From Pristiophorus japonicus (lineage: Eukaryota): a stretch of DNA of 64,000 nucleotides. The notes under the pieces were generated by a model that saw nothing but the letters and a program-made list of their open reading frames with translations, was not told where the DNA came from and made no database searches. Shown here in pieces: positions 39,101 through 50,061 of the stretch. The number at the start of each line of letters is the position of its first letter. Within the stretch, counting starts at the first letter, position 1. The DNA lies in contig NC_091995.1 in the NCBI RefSeq assembly GCF_044704955.1, positions 16,058,001 through 16,122,000 of the forward strand. The letters run 5' to 3'. The position numbers and the translations under genes were made by a program.

Positions 39101-42100
39101 CTCCCCAACATTTGCAGTGCCCCTACTGACAGAAATTAACTCATTAAGCACTGACCCCGAAGTCGAACGCGGGTTTTTCGTGCTCAGTATAACTCAATGC
39201 CGCTCCCGCATTTGGAGAAAGGTTTATAATATGTTGAATAGACGCTTCATGAAATGTTGGCGTGACGGAAAATATGAGAAGGAAGCAGAATAAAAATGAA
39301 AAAAAGACTAACATTTCTACAGGACATCAGGACATCAGGACATCCCAAAGCACTTTATAGCCAATGAAGTACCTTTGAAGGGTAGTCATTGTTGTAATGT
39401 AGGAAACACAGCAGCCAATTTGCGCACAGCAAGCTCCCACAAATAGCATTGACCAGATAATCTGTTTTTAGTGACGTTTATTGAAGAATAAATATTGTGC
39501 AGGCATGAGGGAGCACACCCTTGCCCTTCTCCGAAATAAGGCCATGGATCTGTCATGTCTACCTGAGAGGGCAACTGGAGCCCCTGTTTAACGTCTCATC
39601 TGAAAGACGGCACCCCCGACAATGCAGCGCTCTTTCAGGATTGCACTGCCGGATTTGAACCCACAAACTTCTGACTCAGCAGGCGAGAGAGTGCTACCCA
39701 CTGACCCACACTGTCAGATAGTAAACTGATAAGAAACGATATTGCCCTCGCTCTTAGCCAAAAGGCCAAGATATAAATAAGATCACAACATTTAAACCTT
39801 ACACTTGAATTTCGTAAACTACTGAGTGAAATAAATCGATGTAAATATATGAACTGTCATTTGGTGTCCATGATGGTGACGTTTCGGAGGTTGAAAATAT
39901 AACTATAATGTAGGGAAAAGTAAGAAAATATTAATGAACAATCCCTTCACTTTGACTCTCGGGATGAAAAAATATGGCGCAATAATTACGCATGCCAATT
40001 AGTTATTAATTTCGATTGCCCGCTATTTAAAGACAGACACAAATTTATTGATTACAACAAATAAAAGCCGATGTCAAAATTGTGTGAGGAGATGTAGCAC
40101 TGTCTAATTTTGCCACACTTGCCTTACTATCATGTGCTGAGCGAGACACGCCACCACGTTGCAGATTATTAAGTAGTGTAAACAATGCACTGCACTGGCA
40201 TGCGGCAAACTAATACTACAGTCATTGAAACAGAGAGAACGGAATCATGCCAATACTCTACCTGTAAAATTAGAACAGATTTATTTTATCAAGAATGGTT
40301 GGTATTTGCAACTTACGTATCACTTCCAATTTGGTGCCATTTCCGTATCTCTCCCCTTCTCCCATTAAGTCTATCCGGCAATAATAGATGTCTGAGTCTT
40401 TCTCAGTTAAGTCGGAGATGTTAATGAATATTCTGCTGTTGGCAAATGAATATCTGTCGGATTTCTGCAGCCGGTCTGCATAAAACGGACTGTCGTTCAG
40501 TTTGTACCCATTTGGATTTCCCCGTGTCCAATCAGCAATGCCGACCGGAAGTAGGGTTCCTTCAAAAGCCATGGCACAGTGCAGTGTCACTGACTCCCCC
40601 TCTGTCGTACTTATAAAGGGAGGGAACTGGTAGACCGTGATATTCATCGTCCCACCTGCTGAAAAATTAAGTTTAATCTTTAAACCAGATGAATACTGCC
40701 CTCCACACCTGGCTAATGCTGATCAGTTTTCTGATCTTAAAGGTAATCATGCCTTTCACATTATATAAAGACAATTATAAAAAGTTAAACTTAGAACATA
40801 AGTAATAAGAGCAGGAGTAGACATTTGGTCGCTTGAGCCTGCTCCACCATTCAATAAGATCATGGCCGATCTGACCTTGGCCTCAACTGCATTTCCCTGC
40901 CCGCTCCCCATAACCCTTGACTCCTTTTTCGTTCAGAAATCTGTCTATCTCCACCTTAAATATATTCAATGAAACTTGAAGGCTGAAAACTCAAAATGCT
41001 GCAAATATACAACTGACTCTAGAACTATACAACATATGCAGGGTTATTCGGCCACTCAAATCAGCTATTGAACTAAAAATGAGATTTTGAATGCTATGAC
41101 ATTTATAATTTCTCGTTTATTCAGAAATTGTGTTTGCACAGAGTTGGGTGAATCTGCTAAACCGAGTGGCAACGAGAATTTAGTGCGTGTGAATTCAGTG
41201 ATAAGTAACGGGTAATTAGAACAGATTGCATCAACCTGAAATTTATCAACATTTTCTTATTCTAAAGCTGTGAATCATGCAAGTTAACAGTCAATTACCT
41301 GACTAGCTGTTAATTCTAAAAACAAAATATTGTGGATGCTGGAAATCTGAAATAAAAACGGAAAATACAGGAACTGATACACGAACTATCAGAATGATAC
41401 CCGGATTAGCATAATAATATTCAGATTTCAAGGGTTAAGTTATGAGGATAGCTTACACAAATTAGGGTTGTATTCCCTAGAATTTAAATGTTAAGGGATG
41501 ATTTGATCAAAGTTTTCAGGAACAGCTAGGGGAGATAGAGATAAACTATTTCTGCTTTTTAGGGAGTCTAGGACTAGGAGCCATAGTCGAAAAGTTAGAG
41601 CCAGGCCATTCATGAGTGAAATTAGGAAACACTTCTACACACAAAGGGTGGTAGAAGTTTGCAACTCTTTTCTGCAAATGGCAATTGACGCTAGATCAAT
41701 CATTAATTTTAGATGTGAAATTGATAACTAACCATATTAAGGGATATGGAGAAAAAGCCGGTATGTGGAGTTAAATCGCAGATCAGCCATAATCTCATTG
41801 AATGGCAGAACAGGGCTGAATCACCTCCTCCTATTACTATGTTCCTATGATCCTAAATACCCAACAGGTCAGGCAACATCTGTGGAGAGAGAAACAGGGT
41901 TAATGTTTTAGGTCATAATAACATAAGAGCATAAGAAATAGGAGCAGGAGTACGCCATTTGGCCCCTCGAGCCTGCTCCACTACAAGAGTAAGATTCAAT
42001 ATCAAAGATGTTATCTGGATATGATGGGAGCCCTGAGCTGGCTAAACAAAACGTACACAAGATGACGACTCGTTGCTCTTTGATCTCGGAATCAATGGAG

Positions 42101-45100
42101 CAATAAAGGACATCCAATGAGGATCTAATATAACCATATAACAATATAAGGCGAGTGACACCTGGAAGAAGGGAACAAATGGATATTTGATCGTGGGTTG
42201 TTACAAACAATCACGTGACTGTTAAGGTCTGTCCACGAAGACACTCATGTGCTAAAGCCTGTATAATTGAGGTGCAATTTCAACAGCTCGTTGGAGATCC
42301 TCTCTCAGCTGGCTGAGAAGTGAGATGCTCCCCCTTCACGTGTTGGAATTAAAGTCATTGAAATGTATCCAATGTATCCGTCTGTTGAACCCGGACTTGT
42401 TAAGAGAGGAGAAGGGTGATTCTCCCCATCATCCGCCATTCAATAAGATCTAGGCTGATCTGATCATGGACTCAGCTCCACTTCCCTGCCCGCTCCCCAT
42501 AACCCTTTAGTTCCTTATCGCTGAAAAATCTTCAATGATATCCACAGCTCTCTGGGGCAGAGAATTTCATAGATTTACAACCCTCGAAGAGAAGAAATTT
42601 CTCATTATCTCAGTTTTAAATCGGCGGCCCCTTATTCTGAGATTATGTCCCATAATTTTGCTTTCCCCTCTGAGTGGAAATATCCTCTCTGCATCCACCT
42701 TGTCGAGCCCCCTCATTATCTTATATGTTTCAATAAGATCACCTCTTATTCTTCTGAACTCCAAGGCCCAACCTACTCAACCTATCTTCATAAGTCAACC
42801 CCTCATCTCCGGAATCTCTAGTGAAAGGTCATTGAACTTTCATCAGAACTGGAAAAAGTTAGAGACGTTACAAGTTTAAGCAAGTGCAGGAGCAGGGAAA
42901 GGAGGTGAGAAGAAGAAAGAACAAAATGGAAAGTCTGTGATAGGGTGGAGGGCAGGAGTGATTAAATAACAAACGGGGTAACGGGCAAAGCAAAAGGAGG
43001 TGGTAATGGGACAAGCAAAGACACAAAAGATGACTCAGGAAGAGGTGTAAATGGTTAGATAAGAACAATTACCAGTACCTGCTGCACGAAATAAATGAGA
43101 GCAGTGATTATGATCTGAAATTGTTGAATTCACTTTTGAGTTCAGAAGGCTGTATAGTGTTTGATTGAAAGCTGAGGTGCTGTTCCTCGAGCTTCTGTTG
43201 AGCTTCGTTAGAACAGTGGAGGGGGCTGAGGAGAGAGAGCTCAGATTTGGGATGGGCACCGGAGAATTAAAATGAGAATTAAAAAGGTTCACGCTTGTGG
43301 ACTGACCGAAGATGTTCAGCAAAGCGGTCACCCAATCTGCATTTGGTCTCCCAGTGTGGAGGAGACCACATCGTGAGCAGCGAATACAGTATAGTAAATT
43401 GTCAGAAGTACAAGTAAATCTCTGCTTCACCTGGAAGGAGTGTTTGGGGCCCTGGACTGTGGGATAGGAGGAGGTAAAAGGGCAGATGTTGCATCTGCTG
43501 CACTTGCACAGGACGGTACCGTGGGAAGGGGAGGAGGTGTTGAGAACATAAGAACATAAGAATTAGGAACAGGAGTAGGCCATCTAGCCCCTAGAGCCTG
43601 CTCCGCCATTCAACAAGATCATGGCTGATCTGGCCGTGGACTCAGCTCCACTTACCCGCCCGCTCGCCATAACCCTTAATTTCCTTATTGGTTAAAAATC
43701 TATCTATCTGTGATTTGAATATATTCAATGAGCTAGCCTCAACTGCTTCCTTGGGCAGAGAATTCCACAGATTCACAACCCTCTGGTAGAAGAAATTCCT
43801 TTTCAACTCGGTTTTAAATTGGTTCCCCCGTATTTTGAGGCTGTGCTAAAACCGAGTTCTAGTCTCCCCGACCAGTGGAAACAACCTGTCTGCCTCTATC
43901 TTGTCTATCCCTTTCATTATTTTAAATGTTTCTGTAAGATCACCCCTAGAGGAGTGGTTCAGAGTGTCTCAAAGGGAACTGTCAGGCGCAGTGGAAGGGA
44001 ATCATTGGCTGAGGAAAAAGGAACGCATATCGGAAGCACTAATATGGAAGGTGCGATCGTCAGATCAGATGCAATGGAGATGAAAAAACTGGGAGACTGG
44101 AGTAGAGGCCTTATAGGAAGCATGTTTGGAGGAACTACAATTAAAGTATCTGTGGGATTCAGTGGGATTATCGTAGATATTAGTCAATAGTCCATGGAGA
44201 TAGAGAACTCGAGGAAAGGAGGGGAAGAATCAGAGATGGGCCATGTGAATGCGATGGACGGGTGGAAATTGGAAGCAAAGTTGATGATATTTTCCGGTTC
44301 AGGGCGAGAGAAGAAAACCGTGTCAATTCCAGTACAATACTGGAAAAAAAGGTTAGCGAGGGGACCAGAGTATGACTGTAACAAAGCATGTTCCACATAT
44401 CTCACGAAAAGGCATGCATATCTAGGACCCATACAGGTTCACATAGCAGCACCTTTTATTTGGAGGAAGTCAGTGGCGTAAAAGGAGAAGTTGTTGACTG
44501 TGAGAACACTTCTAACCAGGCGGAGGAGGGTGGTGGTAAATGGGAACTGGTTAGTCCTCCGTTCAAGGAAGAAGCGGAGCGCCCTCAGGCCATCCTGGTC
44601 ATGGATGTAGGTGTAGGGGACTGGTGTTAATTTTTGTGGCTGGCTGTTGGCTGACTAATTGTAACTCGTGTTTTTCTCAACGATATGTATTAGAGGGATA
44701 TTTGCTAAACATTCAGAGCTGTCTGTGCAGAGCTGGGTGAATCTGTTAAATGGAACAGCAGCGGTAATTTGGTGAGAGGTGGAATTCTGTGCAGAATATA
44801 AAGGAGGTGTAAAGTGCGTTAAACATAAGAACAAAACAAATAGAACAGGAGTAGGCCCTTTGGCCCCTAGAGCCTGCTCCGCCATTCAATAAAATCATGG
44901 ATCATCTGATCTTGGGCGCAGCTCCACTTCCCTGCCCGCTCGCCATAATCTTTGACTCCCTTAAACTAAGGGGCACTTGATGAATATATAAATAATCACA
45001 ATAAGTAATTTGAGGATACCAACAGTAAAGGGATCCAAATTGCATTAACTGAAATCTGATATAGATAAATAATTAAGTAATGAATAGGAGTAAGGCGGAT

Positions 45101-48100
45101 ACTAAAATAAAACATATATATATAACATAAGTAGATAATAAAATGATGTGACAGCTGAGACCCGTTGCCTGCAATTCCTATGCCATTTCCAGCACGTTTC
45201 TTGCATCCTGCATAATCATGTGTACAGGAAGTGCCTGCAGTTGCTCAAACTCGAGTTCAGGGTTTCTAAGCTTGAGGAGCGGCTGGACTCAATGCAGGTC
45301 ATACGGGAAGCTGGTAATTATCTGGAACCCAGGTTTCACGACGCAGCAAGTACAGAGAGCACCGGAGAATAGTAAGTGGGTGGCCATCCGGCAGGGTAGG
45401 TGGAGGAAGGTAGTGCAGGAATTCTCCGGAGTGTAGCACTCTGAAATTGGTTTTCTGTACGGAATACTTTGGGGCAAATAACTGCACAGGGAGACACAGC
45501 AAAGTATAGAAATGCAGTCGTCATAGGAGATTCGATAGTCACGGGAATATACACGCATCTCTGAAACTAACCACCTGAATCCCTCAGGGTGTGTTGCCTC
45601 CCTGGTGCCAGGACAAACTACATGACTGAGACGATACAAAACATTTTGAGGGGGGAGGGGAATAGCCAGATGTTGTGGCCCATGTGGGAACCGATGGCAT
45701 AGGAAGGAAAATGGGTCCTGCAATTCGAGTTTCATAAGCTACGGAGGTAATCAAAGATTACGAGCTCAAAAGTAGCAATCTCTGATTTACTCCCAGTGCC
45801 ACTCGCTAATGTATATAGAATAGTAGGATAAGATAGGTTAACACGTGCCTGATGAAATGGTGCAGGAGGAAGGATTTCACATTTCTGGGACAATGGGACC
45901 AGATCGGTGTGATTGGGGTGGGGGATTGGGGCGGATCTGTACAAGCTGGAAATATGGCATCCCAATAGAACAATGAGAGGTGATCGCATTGAAACATACA
46001 AGATTCTGCAGGGGGGTTGACAGGGTGGATGCTGAGAGGCTGTTTCCCCTGGCTGGAGCGTCTAGAACTAGGGGGCACAGTTTCAGGATAAGGGGTAGGC
46101 CATTTAAGACAGAGAGAAGGAGGAATTTCTTCATTCAGCGGGTTGTGAACCTTTGGAATTCTCTGCCCAATCTTATTGAATTGTGGAGCAGGCTCATCGA
46201 GCCGTAGGGCCTACTCCTGCTCCCAATTCTTATGTTCTTATGTAGAACTGGTACCAATATCCACATGGGATGGTTAACTGGTGCAATGGAGAAGGGTTTA
46301 AATGAATTTGGCTGGGGTATTGGCACAACCATGAAACAATAGCGAGGAGAAACAATGTGCACAGAGGACTGGGAGAGACAAATAGCACTAGAGTAAAGAA
46401 CAGTTCAGAAATAGGAGGATTTAGATGGGAGGAAAAGGCACTTCAGACTAAGATGGATCTGGAGTTCATGAGCATAAATGCACGTAATGTGCTAAATAAT
46501 ATTGGTGAGCTGCAGGCACAAATCGTCACATGTTACTTTGATATTATGGCAAAAAAAGAGACCAGATTCAAAGAAATGGGGAATTGGGAACTATTCCTGG
46601 CTATTAGGTACTCATGAAAGATAGAGAAGGAAAAAAGGAGGCGTGGCAATATTGATCAAATAAACTATTATAACACTGGAAATAGATGGTATAGTTGAGG
46701 GCTCAAAGCAAAATCTATTTGGGTAGAGTTAAGGAGCAATTGGGCTACTGGGTGTATACTATAGGTAACCAAATAGTACGAAAGCGTAAATTTTCAGGCA
46801 AATTACAGAACGATGCAAGAATTACAGAGTAGTGATAATGGGGGAATTCAAGTATCCTAATTTGGACTGGGATAGTAACAGTGTAAGGGGAAAAGATGTG
46901 AAGGAATACCTGAAATGTATACAAGAGAACTTGCACAATCAGTGTGTTTCCAGCCCGACGATGAAGGAAGCAGTGCTGGATCTCGTTCTGCGGAATGGAG
47001 TGCAGCAAGCGAAGTATATTTAAGTGGGGTATCATTTGGGGAGCAGTGATCAAAATATCATCAGGCTATGGAAAAGGACCAGGAATAATCAAGCATAAAA
47101 GTATTAACTAGGAGGGCTAATTTCAGTGAGTTAAAAATGAATCTGGCCCAGGTGGATTGGATCAACCATTGGTAGGCAAAACATTGATTGAACAATGAGA
47201 GGCCTTCAAAGAAGAGATGGTTCAACTAGGGAATAGAAACATTCCCATCAGAAGGAAAGGAATGTCATCCAAAGCTAGGGCTCTCTAAATGACTAAAGAT
47301 ATAGAGGTTACAAATAGGCAAATAAAGGAGGCCTATGATAAATGTAAGGTTCATAACACAGTAAAGAACGAAGCTGAATAGAGAAAGTACAGAGGAAATC
47401 TATAAAAGGAAATGAGGTACGAAGAGAGAGTATCTGAATAGATTAATGTTTAACATAAAACTGGACCTGAAAATCTTTTATAAACACATAAATAATAAAA
47501 GGGTAGTCAAAGGAAGGGTGGACCAAAAGAACCTAAAAGGAGATATGCTTGGCTGCAATAGTAAATGAGTACTTTGCAGCTGTCTTCACTGGAGAGGAGA
47601 CTGCTGCAAAGGTAGCGGTAAATTAGGAGGCAGTAGTTATATTGGATGGGATACAAATAGATAAAGAGAAGGTAATTGAACGTTTGGAAGTCCTCAAGAT
47701 CGAAATGTTACCCGGTCCGGATGGGATGCATCCTAGGTTGCTTTTGCAAGTAAGGGACTAAATTGCAGAGGCCCTGGCTACAATCTTCCAATCCTGCTTA
47801 GATATAGGGGTGGTACCAGAGGACAGGAGTATTGCAAATGTTACACTTCTGTTTAAAAAAGGGGAGTGGGTTAAACATGGCAATTGCAGGCCAGTCAGCC
47901 TAATGCCCGTGGTGGGGTTACTTTTAGAGATAATAATCCAGGACAAAAGGAATTGTCACTTGGAAAAGTATGGACTAATAAATAAAAGTCAGCGCAGAAT
48001 ATTTAAAGGCAAATCGTGTTTGACTAGCTTAATCGAATTCTATCATGAAGTATCGGAGAGGATTGCACTTTCAAAAGGCCTTTGACAAATTACCCCCGAA

Positions 48101-49641
48101 TAGACTTGTTAGCAAAATTGAAGCCCAGGGGATTAAAAGGACAGTGGTAACATGGATACGAAGTTAGCTAAGGGACATAAAGCAGACTGTAGTGGTGAAT
48201 GCTATTTTTTCAGAATGGAGAGAAATATACAGTGATGTTCCCCAGCGATAGGTAGAGAACCACTGCTCCTTTTGATATATATTAATTACATTGACTTGGG
48301 TATACACGGCATAATTTCAAAGTTTGCAGATGACAGGCAACTTGAAAATGCAGTAAATAATGAGGAAGATAGTAACAGACTTCAGGAGGGCATGGACAGA
48401 CTTGGTGAAATGGGGAGACACATGGTAAATGCAATTTAACGAAAATAAGTGTGAAGTGATATTTTTTGATGTGAAGAATTAAGAGAGGGAATATGAACTA
48501 AATGGTACAATTTAAATGGGGAGTACAGGAACAGATGGACCTGCGAAGTCAGGATCGAGTCTGTCCGGAAATTAGTAATTCACAAAACATTCGCCTAAAT
48601 ATGATTTAATCGGTCCTGCATTGGTTATGCAACTATGTCAGGTCTATAATCTGTCTGAATTTAAGGTGTCTTTTTCAATCTGCGCTTCAATGACTTTAGA
48701 ATGAAAATACACAAATTCATCCCAACATAAGTATTACCAGCAACATATATATTCTGTGATTCGCTTATAGTTTCTGCAGATGACTGCAGAGTTTTATTTA
48801 AATACTTGTACCGTTAGTGTGGATACCGAAGATGAGCGGCCGATGCAACTGGCCGAATTTTAAAATATATCAGAGAAAAACAGTCGTACGCGTTATTAAT
48901 AGTGCAGTAAGAATTCTATCTCTTAGCGACATGGCTGAGTGCATTCAGAAAGATTTTTCAGAAGCTGTGAAAAGTAAACTGAACTCTTCACTTACTTACT
49001 ACCTCGCTTACAATTAGTTTTCAGAGGAATTCCTGCTCTGCAAATTTAGAGCACCGAATGAAATTAATTCAGATCCATGCCCGGAAATGAAATACCAAAT
49101 AAAAAGAAAGTGTCAATTGATCGAATATTATCATTGGAGAGCACCGAGCACAAACAAGCTAGCATCATTCGAAAGTGGCACAAGTGATAGAGAAAATCGG
49201 GATTGCTGAAATCCATAGGTTACAGTATGGCAACTGTCTATGCATAATGGCACTATCACTTCACATTTTGTGAAAAAAACGTACCCTTATTACAGGAAAA
49301 TCACAGTAAGATAAGATCGGATGGCACGTAAGCAAATAATATATTCACCGATATACTGACATCGTTTCCAACACGCTAATTGTGTGCAAAGTATTCAATT
49401 TAAATGTATTTCAACATTATATTCAGAATTATACAGTACTATAAGGTAACGATGATAATAAGTTAACTAGAGCATCACAGATTACCCAGTTGTCTAACTT
49501 AACTACCTTAACTAGAATGTCAAATAGTACCGACTGGTATAAGTAGAGCATTATATAATAACGAATAATATAAGTTAACTAACCGGTGCTTAGCATAAAG
49601 AGAATCAGCTGTATAAAATTAATGTGTTGAATTAAAACCAT
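27135..49641 (-). CDS. Gene B: NKp30/NCR3-like single V-J Ig-domain receptor with uncharged TM and cytoplasmic ITAM, six coding exons, 207 aa
   Basis: join(49584-49641,40317-40658,38329-38448,29348-29400,29208-29251,27135-27141) is 624 nt and open throughout. All introns are GT-AG, phases 1,1,1,0,2. Domain order is leader-V-stalk-TM-ITAM-stop. Confidence 0.88.
27815..29002 (+). mobile_element. CR1 LINE, 5'-truncated, in the last intron of gene B
   Basis: [18 protein letters not shown] and RRFTR motifs; TTTCTATG tail. Confidence 0.92.
29208..29251 (-). CDS. Gene B cytoplasmic exon 2, [14 protein letters not shown] (distal ITAM half)
   Basis: Acceptor TTCCATTTTTATAAG, donor CAG|GTACGA, 44 nt, phase 0-2. 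Lies inside ORF 29045-29275. Confidence 0.8.
29348..29400 (-). CDS. Gene B cytoplasmic exon 1, (G)[17 protein letters not shown] (proximal ITAM half)
   Basis: Acceptor TTATTTCGATATAG, donor ATG|GTAAAA, 53 nt, phase 1-0. It supplies exactly the phase change needed between the TM exon and exon 29208-29251; a 96-nt intron follows. Confidence 0.8.
29530..32610 (-). mobile_element. CR1 LINE, disrupted near-complete ORF2
   Basis: Endonuclease (GVVYRP, GDFN) through RT ([18 protein letters not shown]) in broken minus-strand ORFs, plus 3'UTR. Confidence 0.92.
32762..34970 (-). mobile_element. L2-clade LINE, degenerate
   Basis: [18 protein letters not shown]...[26 protein letters not shown] near 33690-33702, GCTATATAAATACAAGT tail. 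Confidence 0.85.
35150..37000 (+). mobile_element. Two consecutive old CR1 3' fragments (35150-36050 and 36060-37000)
   Basis: GNYQPV and [11 protein letters not shown] remnants; two ATTCTATG tails. Confidence 0.75.
38329..38448 (-). CDS. Gene B stalk/transmembrane exon (R)[39 protein letters not shown]
   Basis: Acceptor TTTCATCATTTCAG, donor GTG|GTAAGT, 120 nt, phase 1-1. About 24 uncharged residues followed by a KWK stop-transfer. Not in the ORF track on this strand. Confidence 0.9.
39300..39715 (-). mobile_element. tRNA-derived SINE, DeuSINE/SacSINE1-like
   Basis: Reverse-complement homolog of 26157-26595 (TTTGTGGGAGCTTGCTGTGCGCAAATTGGCTGC; B box GGTTCAAATCC). Confidence 0.78.
40317..40658 (-). 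CDS. Gene B Ig V-set exon, natural cytotoxicity triggering receptor 3-like
   Basis: ORF 40270-40647 reads [20 protein letters not shown]...VGIADW...YADRL...[31 protein letters not shown], resembling the NKp30 end CRVEVLGLGVGTGNGTRLVV (recalled, not aligned computationally). Acceptor TTTTTCAG(CAG), donor C|GTAAGT. Confidence 0.94.
41982..42431 (+). mobile_element. Probable solo LTR (450 bp) in intron 1 of gene B
   Basis: Interrupts a CR1 3' end with a 5-bp TSD, TCCAC/TCCGC. Ends ...CATCA, with TATAAT at 42262 and ATTAAA at 42348 in U3-R-U5 order. It starts TA rather than TG. Confidence 0.6.
42820..44630 (-). mobile_element. Penelope-like retroelement (RT plus GIY-YIG remnants) with a CR1 fragment nested at about 43545-43948
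   Basis: [15 protein letters not shown] (PLE RT) and [20 protein letters not shown] (GIY-YIG). Further terminal pieces near 41318-41370 and 41860-41915. Confidence 0.82.
44650..48540 (+). mobile_element. Old CR1 LINE, ORF1 and ORF2 remnants, 3' end missing
   Basis: Remnants [31 protein letters not shown] and SKFADD with many stops. Small CR1 inserts near 44820-44965 and 45970-46245. Confidence 0.8.
49584..49641 (-). CDS. Gene B signal-peptide exon [19 protein letters not shown]
   Basis: ATG at 49641 in ACGATGG context, hydrophobic 19-mer, donor ACCG|GTTAGT, phase 1. Paralogous to the gene A leader. Confidence 0.87.
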
Positions 49642-49721
49642 CGTCGATGTGCACAGCGCAGGAGGGATTAGATGTGATGCTGCTCACAGACGAATACTGT
49701 CAACACACCGATTAAATTATT

Positions 49722-49744
49722 TGTGGTCTTTGCATTGACGGAAC
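49722..49744 (-). promoter_or_regulatory. Putative proximal promoter of gene B: RUNX site (TGTGGTC)
   Basis: TTTGTGGTCTTT is conserved in position and orientation with the gene A upstream region, while flanking DNA has diverged. Confidence 0.45.
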
Positions 49745-50061
49745 AGCATTGGCAGACTACAGTGTTTCAGAAAATGAAACGTGTGTTGGCCTTCGTTCAG
49801 CGCAGAATTTTAACATTTAACAAGTTACATGAATATTCTACGGGCTGTAAATTTAGAGCTGGATAAATACAGAATGCTGTACGTGTCAAGAATGACACGC
49901 TATACTGAAATATTTCCTGTTCTATGCGTGCAATAACCTCACCGCACTACCTCTATGTTTAGAGAACTGTTAGACCCGTTAGAATCGCTTCGATCTTCGC
50001 CATCACTGAATTAAGAAAACGGAAAAGGCAAATAAAGATGTGATAATGCAGCTTTGGCAAA

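Noticed and set aside
40575-40581. CACAGTG, a perfect RSS heptamer, inside the gene B V exon
   Set aside because: It is the reverse complement of the His-Cys codons at the first Cys. There is no nonamer at 12 or 23 bp, and the position is wrong for V(D)J joining.
27135-49641. Calling gene B a CD3 or CD79 chain, TCR or IgNAR
   Set aside because: It has no acidic TM residue or CxxC stalk (CD3), no polar TM signature or extra ectodomain Cys (CD79), and no C domains or RSS (TCR/Ig). The V domain looks NKp30-like. No gene symbol is given because orthology is untested.
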